This document shows positions 18,746-28,886 of a DNA stretch of 64,000 bases, piece by piece. The position numbers and the translations under genes are program-made. How positions within the stretch are numbered: position 1 is the stretch's first letter; every line of letters starts with the position of its first letter. A model generated the notes under the pieces. That model was not told where the DNA came from. It did no database searches and saw only the letters and a list, made by a program, of their open reading frames with translations. The DNA comes from Candidatus Pacearchaeota archaeon. GTDB taxonomy: Archaea > Nanobdellota > Nanobdellia > Pacearchaeales > GW2011-AR1. Where the stretch lies: the NCBI GenBank assembly GCA_018304105.1, contig JAGVWX010000020.1, positions 27,111 to 91,110 on the forward strand. The letters are read 5' to 3'.

Positions 18746-19300
18746 ATGAGAATGATTTCAGTCGGCGACATAATGACTCGTAATTTTGTCTCTCTCGCGC
18801 CTCAGGCGTCTCTTTACGATTGCGCCAAGAAAATGGCCAAAGAAAGCGTAGACTCAATAATGTTAACACAAGGCAGGAAACTTGTCGGCATTCTGACTTC
18901 CCGTGACATTCTTAGAGCCATAATAAAAAAACCAGGTCTAAATCTTAAAAAAATGAAGAGCATCAATATTGCCGCAAAAAAACTCGCGGTCATAAAGCCT
19001 TCAGCCGATATTTCTCAGGCAATAGAAAAGATGAAGGCTTCAAATTTCAAAAGGCTTCCAGTCATTTCAGGGGGTGAAATCCTCGGCGTAGTAACTATAA
19101 AAGATATCTTGGCAGTTGAGCCTGAATTTTATTCAGAAATACGCTCCCTCATGGACGTTAGAGAAGAACAATCAAAAATAAACAAAACCACCCGCCCATG
19201 TCCAATAGAAGGCCTCTGCGAAAACTGCGGCGCCCTTTCAGACTTGCTAAGAGTCGAAGACCAGCTCTTATGTCCAGATTGTAGAGATGAAATGTATTGA
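18746..19300 (+). CDS. CBS-domain pair protein with C-terminal zinc ribbon
   Basis: Two CBS repeats (VGILTSRDILRAI; GVVTIKDILAVE) followed by C..C....C..C (CPIEGLCENCG...CPDCRDE). Confidence 0.7.
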   Translation: MRMISVGDIMTRNFVSLAPQASLYDCAKKMAKESVDSIMLTQGRKLVGILTSRDILRAIIKKPGLNLKKMKSINIAAKKLAVIKPSADISQAIEKMKASNFKRLPVISGGEILGVVTIKDILAVEPEFYSEIRSLMDVREEQSKINKTTRPCPIEGLCENCGALSDLLRVEDQLLCPDCRDEMY

Positions 19301-19315
19301 CAATATTTAATTAAG

Positions 19316-19543
19316 TTAGCCCATCAGTATAAAATTTTGTAAAACAAACCACAAAGCCAAATAAATTATGCCTATTAGAATCAATGTTGGAACAGTTGCA
19401 TTAATAGCACTTAGCCGTAATCTCTCCCCGCGTTCCATTTTCGGAAAATGCCTATAAGTATTTAGGAAAATCATTAGCCAAAGCGCAATCCAAAACGGAA
19501 GGGGCACAGCCATATAAACAATTAAGAGATTTAACGGCACCAT
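19316..19543 (-). CDS. Small hydrophobic membrane protein (75 aa)
   Basis: Two or three TM segments. ORF only. Confidence 0.3.
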   Translation of the reverse strand: MVPLNLLIVYMAVPLPFWIALWLMIFLNTYRHFPKMERGERLRLSAINATVPTLILIGIIYLALWFVLQNFILMG

Positions 19544-19834
19544 TAAGCATATTTTTCAATAAATTTATTTATTTGACAATTCGGAGGGCATCTATCAAAA
19601 TATTTTTGGTATTTCATGTTAATCCCATAGAAGTCATTAGCTTATCGCAGTTTGGGAATTAACCTCGGCAGACTTCATTGCCTTGATTATATGGGTGTTA
19701 TTATTTAAATAATTTTCTTTCCAATACTGGAAATAACTAAACGCTCTTCAAACGACTGTCAGATTGCCTGGAAGAATTATACTAAGCATCAACTCAATCA
19801 AAAAGATTAAATACGCTTTCTTCATCGAAATATC

Positions 19835-20665
19835 ATGGACCCAATTACTATTACTATTGGAATCATAGTTTTGTTATTCTTAATTTTTTCTCTGAAAGTA
19901 ATTTATCAATATGAACGTGGCGTTAGATTTACCTTCGGAAAATACGCGGGCGTAATAATGCCAGGCCTTCGTTTAGTGATTCCCATAATTCAAACATATA
20001 GGCGGGTAGATATACGTCAAAGAACAATCGAACTTCCGCCGCAGGAAGTCATGACCAAAGACCAGGTAAATCTGAAAATTGATGGTGTCGTATTTTACCA
20101 TATAGTAGAGCCGGAAAAAGTCATCTTAAATGTTGAAGACCTGCAAAGCCAGTTGGAAGCAAAGGCATCATCGGAATTAAAAGAAATCATCGGAAACAAA
20201 ACGATGAAAGAAAGTCTATCCGACAGAATCGACATCGCAAAAAAACTTATCAGCATGCTTAACGAAGCAATTGAAGACAAGCACGCAAAAGACAAAAAGG
20301 ATTGGGGCATCGAGGTCAAGGGCGTTCAAATAAATAACATCGAACTGCCAAAGGAATTGATAAGGGCAATGTCAAAACAAGCCGAAGCCGTGCAGGAAAA
20401 AGAAGCAAGAATAACAAAAGCCGATGGAGAGTTTCAGGCTTCAAAGAAGTTTCATGAAGCTGCAAAAGTGTTCGACAATAGCTCGGCAGCCCTTCGCCTC
20501 CGCGAGCTCCAGACCTTCCAGGAAATTGGAACAGAAAAGAATACTTTGATGATGGTAATTCCTTCAAGCATGGCAAATGGCGACGGCAAATGGACTTTGC
20601 CTTTAGGAATAGATGAATTGAAAAAACAAGAGCAACGCGATAGAAAGGAAAAAGCGTCTAAATAA
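19835..20665 (+). CDS. SPFH/band-7 (stomatin/prohibitin-like) membrane protein
   Basis: N-terminal TM helix, YERGVRFTFGKY and a TKDQV.L.IDGVVFY core typical of the band-7 family, then a coiled-coil tail. Confidence 0.8.
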   Translation: MDPITITIGIIVLLFLIFSLKVIYQYERGVRFTFGKYAGVIMPGLRLVIPIIQTYRRVDIRQRTIELPPQEVMTKDQVNLKIDGVVFYHIVEPEKVILNVEDLQSQLEAKASSELKEIIGNKTMKESLSDRIDIAKKLISMLNEAIEDKHAKDKKDWGIEVKGVQINNIELPKELIRAMSKQAEAVQEKEARITKADGEFQASKKFHEAAKVFDNSSAALRLRELQTFQEIGTEKNTLMMVIPSSMANGDGKWTLPLGIDELKKQEQRDRKEKASK

Positions 20666-20727
20666 TTATCTACTTTAAACTTTTTCATTTCAGTAGATTA
20701 CTTAAGCTCGCTTTAATTGAAAGATAA

Positions 20728-21078
20728 ATGAAAGAGGACAGAACCTTTCACTTAATCAAATATAATCTCTCTGCGAGAATATTGAGAGTCTTAGATTTTC
20801 TATGGCTTGTTCTCACAATCGCCTTATTTATTCTAGCGAGCAGATATAATATCCAGCAAAAATATGTTTTAGTCCTGTCACTTTCAGTAGTATCGTTGTA
20901 CAATATGTATTTTCTATATTCTAAAAGAATCAATTTCGGAGTAGAAGACTGGACCATTCCAAAAAGATGGAGGCCCCAACTAATTAAATATTATATACAA
21001 TATCATAAAACACCAAGATTTGAATTAATCATCTGGGGAATTTTATTGATAGTTTCGATTTGTCTTTTATTAATATAA
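20728..21078 (+). CDS. Hypothetical membrane protein (116 aa)
   Basis: Three TM helices. No motif. Confidence 0.35.
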   Translation: MKEDRTFHLIKYNLSARILRVLDFLWLVLTIALFILASRYNIQQKYVLVLSLSVVSLYNMYFLYSKRINFGVEDWTIPKRWRPQLIKYYIQYHKTPRFELIIWGILLIVSICLLLI

Positions 21079-21089
21079 ATTGTTAATCT

Positions 21090-21380
21090 TTAAACTCTCA
21101 GTCCCTTCTCTTCTTTCTCAATTTTCTGCCTTTTCAGTCTTATCTTTTTTATCTTTCTTACTTCAGAAAAAACAATTGCACCGACAAAAACAAACAAACC
21201 TGCCGTAACATAAATCGTCCATTCAGCGCTCGCGAAATACAGCTTTAATATTACCGCAACAACCCCAAGAAAAGTCAACTCTGTGTTTATGTAAGCAAGA
21301 ACAGTTCTTTCTTCCGACAAAGTTCCTCTTTCCTTTGACAAGAATGTTCTCTTGACCGAAGCGACATCACCAGTTTTCAT
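21090..21380 (-). CDS. DUF202/YidH-like small membrane protein
   Basis: LSEERTVLAYINTELTFLG plus two TM helices, as in DUF202. Confidence 0.45.
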   Translation of the reverse strand: MKTGDVASVKRTFLSKERGTLSEERTVLAYINTELTFLGVVAVILKLYFASAEWTIYVTAGLFVFVGAIVFSEVRKIKKIRLKRQKIEKEEKGLRV

Positions 21381-21582
21381 ATATAAATAATCAAACTCAG
21401 ACTTAAAAATCTTTACAAGCCAATGATTTTCTGAAAATTTAATTTATCAATTTATTTATCAATAATCAGATAAGAACAACTCACAATTCTCGGTCTGGTG
21501 GGGTGGTTTTATTATTTAATTGGTGGGGTGGTTGGAAGAAAGCAAAAATTAAAGCAAAGATAGAATTTCAATCAGAGAAGAA

Positions 21583-22752
21583 TTACAAACTAACCAGTTT
21601 AACTTTCGCGCCTTCAGTGCTTGCAAAATTTGTCGCAGCAAAATATTGTATGCCCTGTTCGTCACACAATCTTATCAAAGAAGATGTCGCAGTTCCGTCA
21701 AGAATCAAAGCCGCGACTTTTGTCCTCGAGCTTTTGACGGCGCCCACGATTTCTCGGTTTCCAACTTTTCTTATAACATCTAAACTAGTGTCAAGAAGCA
21801 GCGCACTCTTAGTTCCTTCCAATTTGTCGCTGTACATTTTTCGCAGCTTTTCCTTCACATCGCCGCTAAAACTTATCTCTGCGCTTTCAACCCTTTCTTC
21901 TTTTTCTCCTCTCTCCCTGAAAGAATTTCCGTTTCCATTTTCTCTTAGATATTCAGAAACCGTCATCGTTTTTCTCAACGCTTGTAAAATTTCTTTTCCG
22001 GCAAGCTCTTCGACTTCCTTTCCTTCAGGAGCAACAGCAACGAACTTAACGTTTGCATGTTCGATAACGTTGTTCGCGATTAACTTTCCGCCCCTGTCTC
22101 CATCAACAAACAAGGTGATTTCTTTTTCCTTGCTTAGTTGTGCAATTTCAGGCGGTAATTTTGTTCCGTCCATTCCGATAACATTATTCACTCTGTTTCT
22201 CAAAAGGTTCACAACGTCCGCGCGCCCTTCAACAACAATCAACTCGCTTCCCGAAATGTCTCCGCAAGGCAATCTGCTGTCTCCGTATTCCTGAATCTTC
22301 TCAGCTCTCGATTCTACCTTTAATGATTCAGACATTTCTCGAAAACTTCCTTCTTCTTCAATCAGCCCCATCAATTTCTTCGCCCTATCAAGAATGTATT
22401 CTCTCTTGTTCCCTCTTACGTCTTCAATCTTCAAAATCTTGATTTCCGCTTCAGTCGGCCCAATTCTGTCAATCGTCTCAAGTGCAGCCGCAATTAAAGT
22501 AGTCGCTGATTTATCCATTGCAGTTGGAACCTGAATCTCCCCAACAGATTTCCCGTCAACAATTTCAAGGTCAACTTCAATTCTTCCAATCTTGCCTTCT
22601 TTCTGGAGCTCTCTCATTTCCATGTCGCTTCCAAGCAAGCCTTCCGTCTGGCCGAAAATCGCCCCAATAACATCAGGTTTTTCGAGAGGCCCGGCTGACT
22701 TGAAACTTGCATATATCATGTATTTTATACTTACTGGACTTATTTTTGCCAT
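21583..22752 (-). CDS. dnaG: Archaeal DnaG-type primase (Toprim domain)
   Basis: 389 aa. The N-terminus and the Toprim block IVVEGRADVVNLL...LFVDGDRGG are typical of archaeal DnaG. Confidence 0.8.
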   Translation of the reverse strand: MAKISPVSIKYMIYASFKSAGPLEKPDVIGAIFGQTEGLLGSDMEMRELQKEGKIGRIEVDLEIVDGKSVGEIQVPTAMDKSATTLIAAALETIDRIGPTEAEIKILKIEDVRGNKREYILDRAKKLMGLIEEEGSFREMSESLKVESRAEKIQEYGDSRLPCGDISGSELIVVEGRADVVNLLRNRVNNVIGMDGTKLPPEIAQLSKEKEITLFVDGDRGGKLIANNVIEHANVKFVAVAPEGKEVEELAGKEILQALRKTMTVSEYLRENGNGNSFRERGEKEERVESAEISFSGDVKEKLRKMYSDKLEGTKSALLLDTSLDVIRKVGNREIVGAVKSSRTKVAALILDGTATSSLIRLCDEQGIQYFAATNFASTEGAKVKLVSL

Positions 22753-23583
22753 TTTATTATTCAGAACCGTTAGGTTCCTTCCCGAGACTTATCGTCTCTT
22801 CAAAGATTTAGAAAGAAGTTTTTCATGTGCCCAATAAAGCGGGCGTGAATATGAAGCGATAATCTCCGTACTTCTTCCTTGTAATCTACTAGTACAAAAG
22901 AGGAAGGTTAGTTTTTAAACGTTTCGGGCTTGTGGATTTTAATTTATAACCCATTAATCTCCGGAAATTTAGGAAAATTTAAGTATTACTTGCTCGTCCA
23001 TAAACCGATATGCCAAATACAATCGCTAGGAGAATAACGGGCAGAGTACTTGTTAAAAGAAGCAAACGAGCCAAATCTTATGAAAGAAGATATCCCATAT
23101 CTCCTTACGGCAAAAAGATAGCGAGATTTAGGTTATAAAATAAGACATTTGAAGTAAAGATATTTAGATAAGTTTTTAATATTGGGGATATTGCAATAAT
23201 AATAGCTGAAGAGTTAGCCCATTGTCCTCATTGTAAAAAAGAAGTTATATTGGCCAGGAGCAACTGGGGAGTTTTGAGGATTTTGTTCTATGGCCCACAC
23301 CTTTATCATTTATATAAAAGAAAGAATAAATGTTCGATTTGCGGAGAGAAAATAAAAGACTAGCTACTTAATTTAATCAATCACAATTATCTATTTATCT
23401 TAATCACAATAATTTTAAAAACCCTCCTCCCTTTTCCCGTTCATGGAAGTCCAGGAAGTCCTTGAAACAAAACTTGATGAGATATGCTCTGTGTTAGACG
23501 AAATCCGCGAGGCAATAACAAACCTAACAGCCGCGATAACGAATAAAGCTTAATTTTATAAAACCCGTCCCTCTTTAATTAAC

Positions 23584-25299
23584 ATGAAAATCCTGACACT
23601 CCATTGCGACTATATCAAATTCAAACCGCTCAAAAAAGCTATTAAGAATCCTGAAGCAATCAAAAACGATGATGAAAAAATCGTCCAGGAACCTTTAGTT
23701 GTTCTTACAGCAGTCGAGCAAGGCGACGACCAAAAAGTCTTAGACCAATACATTGAAGCAATCAGAAAAACTGCCGAGGAAGTAAAAGCAAAAAACATCG
23801 TCCTTTATCCTTATGCTCATTTGTCTTCAAAACTCTCGTCTCCAGATGTCGCCCTAAAAACTCTTGAGGAAGCAGAAAAAATTCTCGCTCAGGATTTCAA
23901 AGTCACAAGAGCCCCATTCGGTTATTACAAAACATTCGAATTAAAATGCAAAGGCCATCCACTTTCAGAGTTAAGCAAAGAATTCCATCCCGAAGGTTAT
24001 GAATCTCAGGTTGGCGGGCTTGCAATACTAAAGGAAGAAGTTTACAATCCAGAAAAATTACTTAAAGAAATCTCCCGCTCAAAACTTGACACATCAAAAC
24101 TCAAGGACAACGACCATAGAATTCTCGGACAAAAGTTAGACTTATTCAGTTTCAATGAAGTCGCTCCTGGAATGGTTTTCTGGCATAATAACGGGTTAAT
24201 CATTTACAACGAGCTCATAAATTATTGGCGAGACGAGCATAGAAAAGCCGGCTATCAGGAAATATCGACGCCTCAAATTCTCGACAAAAGATTGTGGGAA
24301 CTTTCAGGTCACTGGGATAAATACAAAGAAAATATTTTTCTATCTCAATACGAAGGAAGAACCTTCGCTGTAAAGCCTATGAACTGTCCTGGTGGAATGC
24401 TTGTTTACAAGAGCAGCACAAAATCTTACAAAGACTTTCCATTAAGAGTCGCAGAACTCGGAGTCGTCCATCGTCAAGAGCTTTCCGGCGTTCTCGCAGG
24501 ATTATTCAGAGTAATAAAATTCACCCAAGACGATGCGCATCTCTTTTGCACCGAAGAGCAGTTGGAAACTGAACTCATTGGTGTGATTAATTTAATTGAC
24601 GTTATTTACAAAAAATTTAATTTTACTTATCGCGTTGAACTGTCAACACGCCCAGCGAAAAGAATTGGCTCTGATGAAACTTGGGACAAGGCAGAATCTG
24701 TTCTTGAAAAGGTATTGAAAAAAAAGAAGATGAATTTCAAATTAAATCCAGGCGACGGCGCTTTCTACGGCCCGAAAATTGATTTTCATGTAAAAGATAG
24801 TTTGGAAAGGGAATGGCAATGCGCTACATTACAGTTAGACTTCGCAATGCCCGAGCGATTCGACCTAGAATACACAGGTTCAGATAATAAAAAACATCGT
24901 CCGGTTATGCTTCATCGAACTATTTTCGGTTCTTTAGAAAGATTCATCGGCGTGTTACTCGAACATACAAACGGAAATCTTCCAGTCTGGCTCTCCCCAA
25001 CACAAGTCAGAGTCATAAACTTCACAGACAGAAATACAAAAGCCGCAGAGAAAACCCTGAAAGAGCTAAAGGAGCAAATTCCAGGTTTAAGAATCGACTC
25101 AGACTTGCAGAACACAACAGTTTCAGACAAAGTCAGGAATGCCGAGCTCCGTAAAATTCCATACATAATTGTCATCGGAGACAAAGAAGAAGAAAAGAAA
25201 ACCCTCGCAGTCAGGTCTCGTGGAAACAAGCTAAAGTTCGGTGTGAAGTTCGAATCATTTGTTAAAGAGTTTAAGGAAAAGATAACCAAGAGAGAATAA
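23584..25299 (+). CDS. thrS: Threonyl-tRNA synthetase, archaeal type (N-terminal archaeal editing domain plus class II core)
   Basis: 571 aa with class II motifs (FTQDDAHLFC, GPKIDFHV, GSLERFIGVLLE) and an anticodon-binding tail. The N-terminus lacks bacterial TGS/N2 domains. Confidence 0.9.
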   Translation: MKILTLHCDYIKFKPLKKAIKNPEAIKNDDEKIVQEPLVVLTAVEQGDDQKVLDQYIEAIRKTAEEVKAKNIVLYPYAHLSSKLSSPDVALKTLEEAEKILAQDFKVTRAPFGYYKTFELKCKGHPLSELSKEFHPEGYESQVGGLAILKEEVYNPEKLLKEISRSKLDTSKLKDNDHRILGQKLDLFSFNEVAPGMVFWHNNGLIIYNELINYWRDEHRKAGYQEISTPQILDKRLWELSGHWDKYKENIFLSQYEGRTFAVKPMNCPGGMLVYKSSTKSYKDFPLRVAELGVVHRQELSGVLAGLFRVIKFTQDDAHLFCTEEQLETELIGVINLIDVIYKKFNFTYRVELSTRPAKRIGSDETWDKAESVLEKVLKKKKMNFKLNPGDGAFYGPKIDFHVKDSLEREWQCATLQLDFAMPERFDLEYTGSDNKKHRPVMLHRTIFGSLERFIGVLLEHTNGNLPVWLSPTQVRVINFTDRNTKAAEKTLKELKEQIPGLRIDSDLQNTTVSDKVRNAELRKIPYIIVIGDKEEEKKTLAVRSRGNKLKFGVKFESFVKEFKEKITKRE

Positions 25300-25796
25300 T
25301 GGTAGTGTACAATTTTTCTACAGGGAAGGCAATGAGGTCAGGAAGTGGAGGTTCCAAATTAAAAAATCATTGCAGACGTTATCCCGTCGGGAATCTCACT
25401 GACGTTGATTTGTCTTATCTTGCCGAAGAAGCTCTGGTATATGACAAATCCCATTCACTGCACCGCTTCAAGGAAGATGTTTCATGTGCAGATACATACC
25501 GTCATGTAGAAGAAGAGTTGCAGAGAGAACAGCCAAGAACATACGAACTAAGGGAAAAATTCTTCCAAGTCCTTGAACAAGAGCTTGGCGAACGTGGAAT
25601 GACTCAAAGAAATATTCTCGGCGCAATTAAGTGCGGCATCGGCGAGCCCTATATCACGCAATTGCAGCAAGCAAGCAGGAATGGCGGAGGAATATATTTA
25701 TTAAGAATTGTGACTCGGTCAATTGCAAGGGCGATTATGAAATATTCGCCAATGAGTGAACCCGCCGCAGTTCCAGATGTGCGTGTGGCTTCTTGA
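25299..25796 (+). CDS. Hypothetical protein (165 aa), GC-richer than surroundings
   Basis: Its ATG overlaps the thrS stop (TAATG). No motif. Possibly acquired horizontally. Confidence 0.4.
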   Translation: MVVYNFSTGKAMRSGSGGSKLKNHCRRYPVGNLTDVDLSYLAEEALVYDKSHSLHRFKEDVSCADTYRHVEEELQREQPRTYELREKFFQVLEQELGERGMTQRNILGAIKCGIGEPYITQLQQASRNGGGIYLLRIVTRSIARAIMKYSPMSEPAAVPDVRVAS

Positions 25797-25852
25797 GTCG
25801 AGACTAACTAAAAACTTATAAACCTCTTATTCCAACTTAGACTGTAAAAAAG

Positions 25853-26491
25853 ATGAAAATACAACCTTACATCGAAAAGCTTAAAGAATCTGAAGAATAC
25901 AAAGATTTCAAGTCGAAGTACCCAAAGGCATTTCTTGCCGCAGGTTTTTTCGTTCTTGATTTAGAAGGCGGAGTGAACATCCATCAAATAGATTTTTACA
26001 TGCCAGCTGAAAAGAAAATCGCAGCGTTCTCTCTTGACGGCGAAGTTAAGGTAAAAATTCTCGAAACACTGAATGAAAAAATTCCTGAACCTCTCGACAT
26101 GGACACAAATACCGACCTTGATGCTCTCTCCGGAATCCTAACCGATGAAATGAAAAATCGCGGAATTTCTGAAAGCATAAGAAAAATAATCGCTGTCATT
26201 CAGAATATCGATGGAAAAAGAATCTGGAATCTTAACTGCATTTTGACAGGAATGGAAATCCTTAAATCGCATATCGAAGACGATTCCCAGACAGTTTTGA
26301 AAATAGAAAAATCTTCTATTCTTGACATAATGAAAAAGATGCCTGCCCAGCCGCAAATGATGAAGGCACAGGCAAATTCCAAAGAAGACATCAAAGGCGA
26401 ATTAGACAAACTAGACAAAATCGAAGAAGAAATAGAAAAGGCCAAAGGCAAGCTCAAGGAAGAACTTGTCGAGAAGAAAAGCCGTAAATAA
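25853..26491 (+). CDS. Hypothetical protein with C-terminal coiled coil (212 aa)
   Basis: ORF with a charged, repetitive C-terminus (KGELDKLDKIEEEIEKAKGKLKEELVEKK). Confidence 0.45.
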   Translation: MKIQPYIEKLKESEEYKDFKSKYPKAFLAAGFFVLDLEGGVNIHQIDFYMPAEKKIAAFSLDGEVKVKILETLNEKIPEPLDMDTNTDLDALSGILTDEMKNRGISESIRKIIAVIQNIDGKRIWNLNCILTGMEILKSHIEDDSQTVLKIEKSSILDIMKKMPAQPQMMKAQANSKEDIKGELDKLDKIEEEIEKAKGKLKEELVEKKSRK

Positions 26492-26536
26492 TCTTCCAAA
26501 CAAATTCTTTAAATACCAATTTTACCTGTTTTTAGC

Positions 26537-28141
26537 ATGAGAAAAGAGGTAATAACCTTAGCCTTAGCTTTAGTTGTACTTTTGAAAGTAGTTTCTGCAA
26601 ATTCTGCTCCTTTAATCTCTGGTTTGGACAGGGAAATCTTAGTTTGTGAATCCTCAAATTTTTCTCTTGAGTTCGATGTGATTGAACCTGATGGAGACAG
26701 CCTCACAGTTGAAATTTTCCCCAACGGCCCATTTTTCGTAAGGCCCATTTCTTCCCAGTCGCCAACAATCCGAATGGAGATTTTCTCCAGCAACCTTACA
26801 AAACTTTTCTCAAACAAGGTTTACAATCACACGGTCTTTGTTACAGATGGCGAGCTGTCAGATTCTAAAGACATAAAAATTACCGTTCTTGAAACGAACA
26901 ACCCGCCAAGCATAGGGCATATTCCCGTTGAAACAGTTGACATCAACAATTCATACGAATTAAGAAAGCAAATCAAAGTAATTGACCAAGAATCTGGAAA
27001 ACCAAAAAATGGGCAATTTTCCTTCACAATTTCAGATTCTCAAAATTTGTTGGAAATGGCGATTGACAATGAAGGTACAATAAATTACACAGCTTCCGAA
27101 TCTCATCTGGGCGTTCATGAAATAACTATCTGCGCCACCGATTCTGGCTTGGATAATTTGGAAGACAAAATTGGCGTCTGCGCTCCAGATGAAATCAAAG
27201 CAACAACTTGCAAAAAATTCCAGCTAGCAGTAGTAGACGGAAATTCTCCACCCACAATTTTGGCATTCAACTCAACAAATACTCTCGGCAGAATAGCCGG
27301 AACTCAAAAAATAACATTCCAAGTTTTCAATTACGACCCCGAAAAGATATATCCCGACACATACTGGTATGTTGACAACAAGTTAAAAAAAATTGGCGCT
27401 GGAAAATCTTCTGACGGGTTTAGTTACTCCTTCGGTTGTGGCGTTTGGGGCGGGCATAAAGTAGAAGCGGTTATCAGTGATGGTATTCTTAACGACTCAG
27501 TAGAATGGACTCTGGATATACTCAACATTGCATGTCCTAAAGGAATAGCCCCTCATGAAACCATCGGAGAAAACGCGTGTGAGGAAAAATGGGGATGTTC
27601 TAATTGGGGACTCTGTGAAAACGTCCTGCAGTCCAGAAACGCAAGAAATCTTGACAGCATTGGATACGAAGACATCCAGAAAAAATGCTCTACTTTAGGC
27701 ATGGGTGAAGACTCATGCGGATATCAAGTTCGGACTTGCCTTGACGTAGGCAGTTGCAACACCGTAAATGAAAAACCTTCTGAACTAACTCCTTGTCATT
27801 TTTCCCTCGAACCAAGCTGCTCTGACAAAATTCAAAATTGTCATGACGGCAAATGTGAATTTCTCACAGACTGCGGCGGTCCCTGCAGCCCCTGTCCAAC
27901 TTGTTCTGACGGAATTGAAAACCAAGAAGAAGAAAAGGCAGACTGCGGCGGTCCCTGCCTGGAGCAATGCGGCTCGTATTTTCCTAAAGTAACCAAAGAA
28001 AACGTGTTCATTAAGCAGAGCATGCTTGTTGTAATATTTTTTACTTTATTGATTGCAGCAGTTCAGGTATTCAGAATAATCAGAAACAAATATAAGCTTG
28101 AAGAACAACCCAGAAAAGAGGCGATATTGACCCATGGGTAA
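26537..28141 (+). CDS. Secreted, membrane-anchored cysteine-rich surface protein (534 aa)
   Basis: Signal peptide MRKEVITLALALVVLLKVVSA, then C-terminal Cys modules (CEEKWGCSNWGLCEN; TDCGGPCSPCPTC; ADCGGPCLEQCG) and a terminal TM helix (LVVIFFTLLIAAVQVF). Confidence 0.6.
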   Translation: MRKEVITLALALVVLLKVVSANSAPLISGLDREILVCESSNFSLEFDVIEPDGDSLTVEIFPNGPFFVRPISSQSPTIRMEIFSSNLTKLFSNKVYNHTVFVTDGELSDSKDIKITVLETNNPPSIGHIPVETVDINNSYELRKQIKVIDQESGKPKNGQFSFTISDSQNLLEMAIDNEGTINYTASESHLGVHEITICATDSGLDNLEDKIGVCAPDEIKATTCKKFQLAVVDGNSPPTILAFNSTNTLGRIAGTQKITFQVFNYDPEKIYPDTYWYVDNKLKKIGAGKSSDGFSYSFGCGVWGGHKVEAVISDGILNDSVEWTLDILNIACPKGIAPHETIGENACEEKWGCSNWGLCENVLQSRNARNLDSIGYEDIQKKCSTLGMGEDSCGYQVRTCLDVGSCNTVNEKPSELTPCHFSLEPSCSDKIQNCHDGKCEFLTDCGGPCSPCPTCSDGIENQEEEKADCGGPCLEQCGSYFPKVTKENVFIKQSMLVVIFFTLLIAAVQVFRIIRNKYKLEEQPRKEAILTHG

Positions 28142-28886
28142 TAAACTAATCTTTCTTTCCATAGCCCTATTTTTATTAATCGGATTCTCATCTTCAGCCT
28201 TAGCAGAAGAATGTTTCCCAAATTATCAGTGCGCGCCTTGGTCAGAATGTCAGGACGGGTTCAGAACAAGGACCTGTTCTGATATAAACTGCGGCAGCAA
28301 AGATACCGTTGAAAGAAGTTTCTGCACCAATGAAAAATGCACGCCAAAAATAGAATGCGGCGACTGGGGCTCTTGCACTTACACCGAAAAGACAGACGAT
28401 TTCATCAAAGGCAATATAAGCTTTGAAGGTTACAGAACAAGAGTCTGCGACGACGTAAACAACTGCATCCCAAAATACATGCAGGAAGGCCAATGCGAGG
28501 ACTCTTTCAAACTGAGGCTCTCTCCTATAGAACAATGCGGTCAAAATCTGCTTGCGGTGATTGATCCTCTGTCTGACAAGAAGGTGGCCAGGATTAATCT
28601 TGATCGCTGGGAAGAAGGAAAATTTGACCTTGCCTTCGTGCAGGGAGAACAGAAATACTGTCCGTCTTGCTACAACGCCGTCAAGGACGAAAATGAAAAT
28701 GGAGTAGACTGCGGCGGTAGCTGCAAGCCTTGCAGAACCGAAAGACAATATATTTTTTACATCGTGACAACTTTTCTCTGGCTTGGCTCACTAGCTTTTA
28801 TATTTTTATCTTTCCGCCAATATTCAAGGCTAAAAAAACCACAATCCCAATCACAACCCCAATTCCCATTCACAAAAGAACAATGA
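28134..28886 (+). CDS. Secreted, membrane-anchored cysteine-rich protein (250 aa); paralogous modules to the upstream gene
   Basis: Signal peptide, two CxxW[SG]xC...GxRTRxC modules (CAPWSECQDGFRTRTC; CGDWGSC...GYRTRVC), VDCGGSCKPC, and a C-terminal TM helix. Its start overlaps the upstream stop. Confidence 0.55.
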   Translation: MGNKLIFLSIALFLLIGFSSSALAEECFPNYQCAPWSECQDGFRTRTCSDINCGSKDTVERSFCTNEKCTPKIECGDWGSCTYTEKTDDFIKGNISFEGYRTRVCDDVNNCIPKYMQEGQCEDSFKLRLSPIEQCGQNLLAVIDPLSDKKVARINLDRWEEGKFDLAFVQGEQKYCPSCYNAVKDENENGVDCGGSCKPCRTERQYIFYIVTTFLWLGSLAFIFLSFRQYSRLKKPQSQSQPQFPFTKEQ

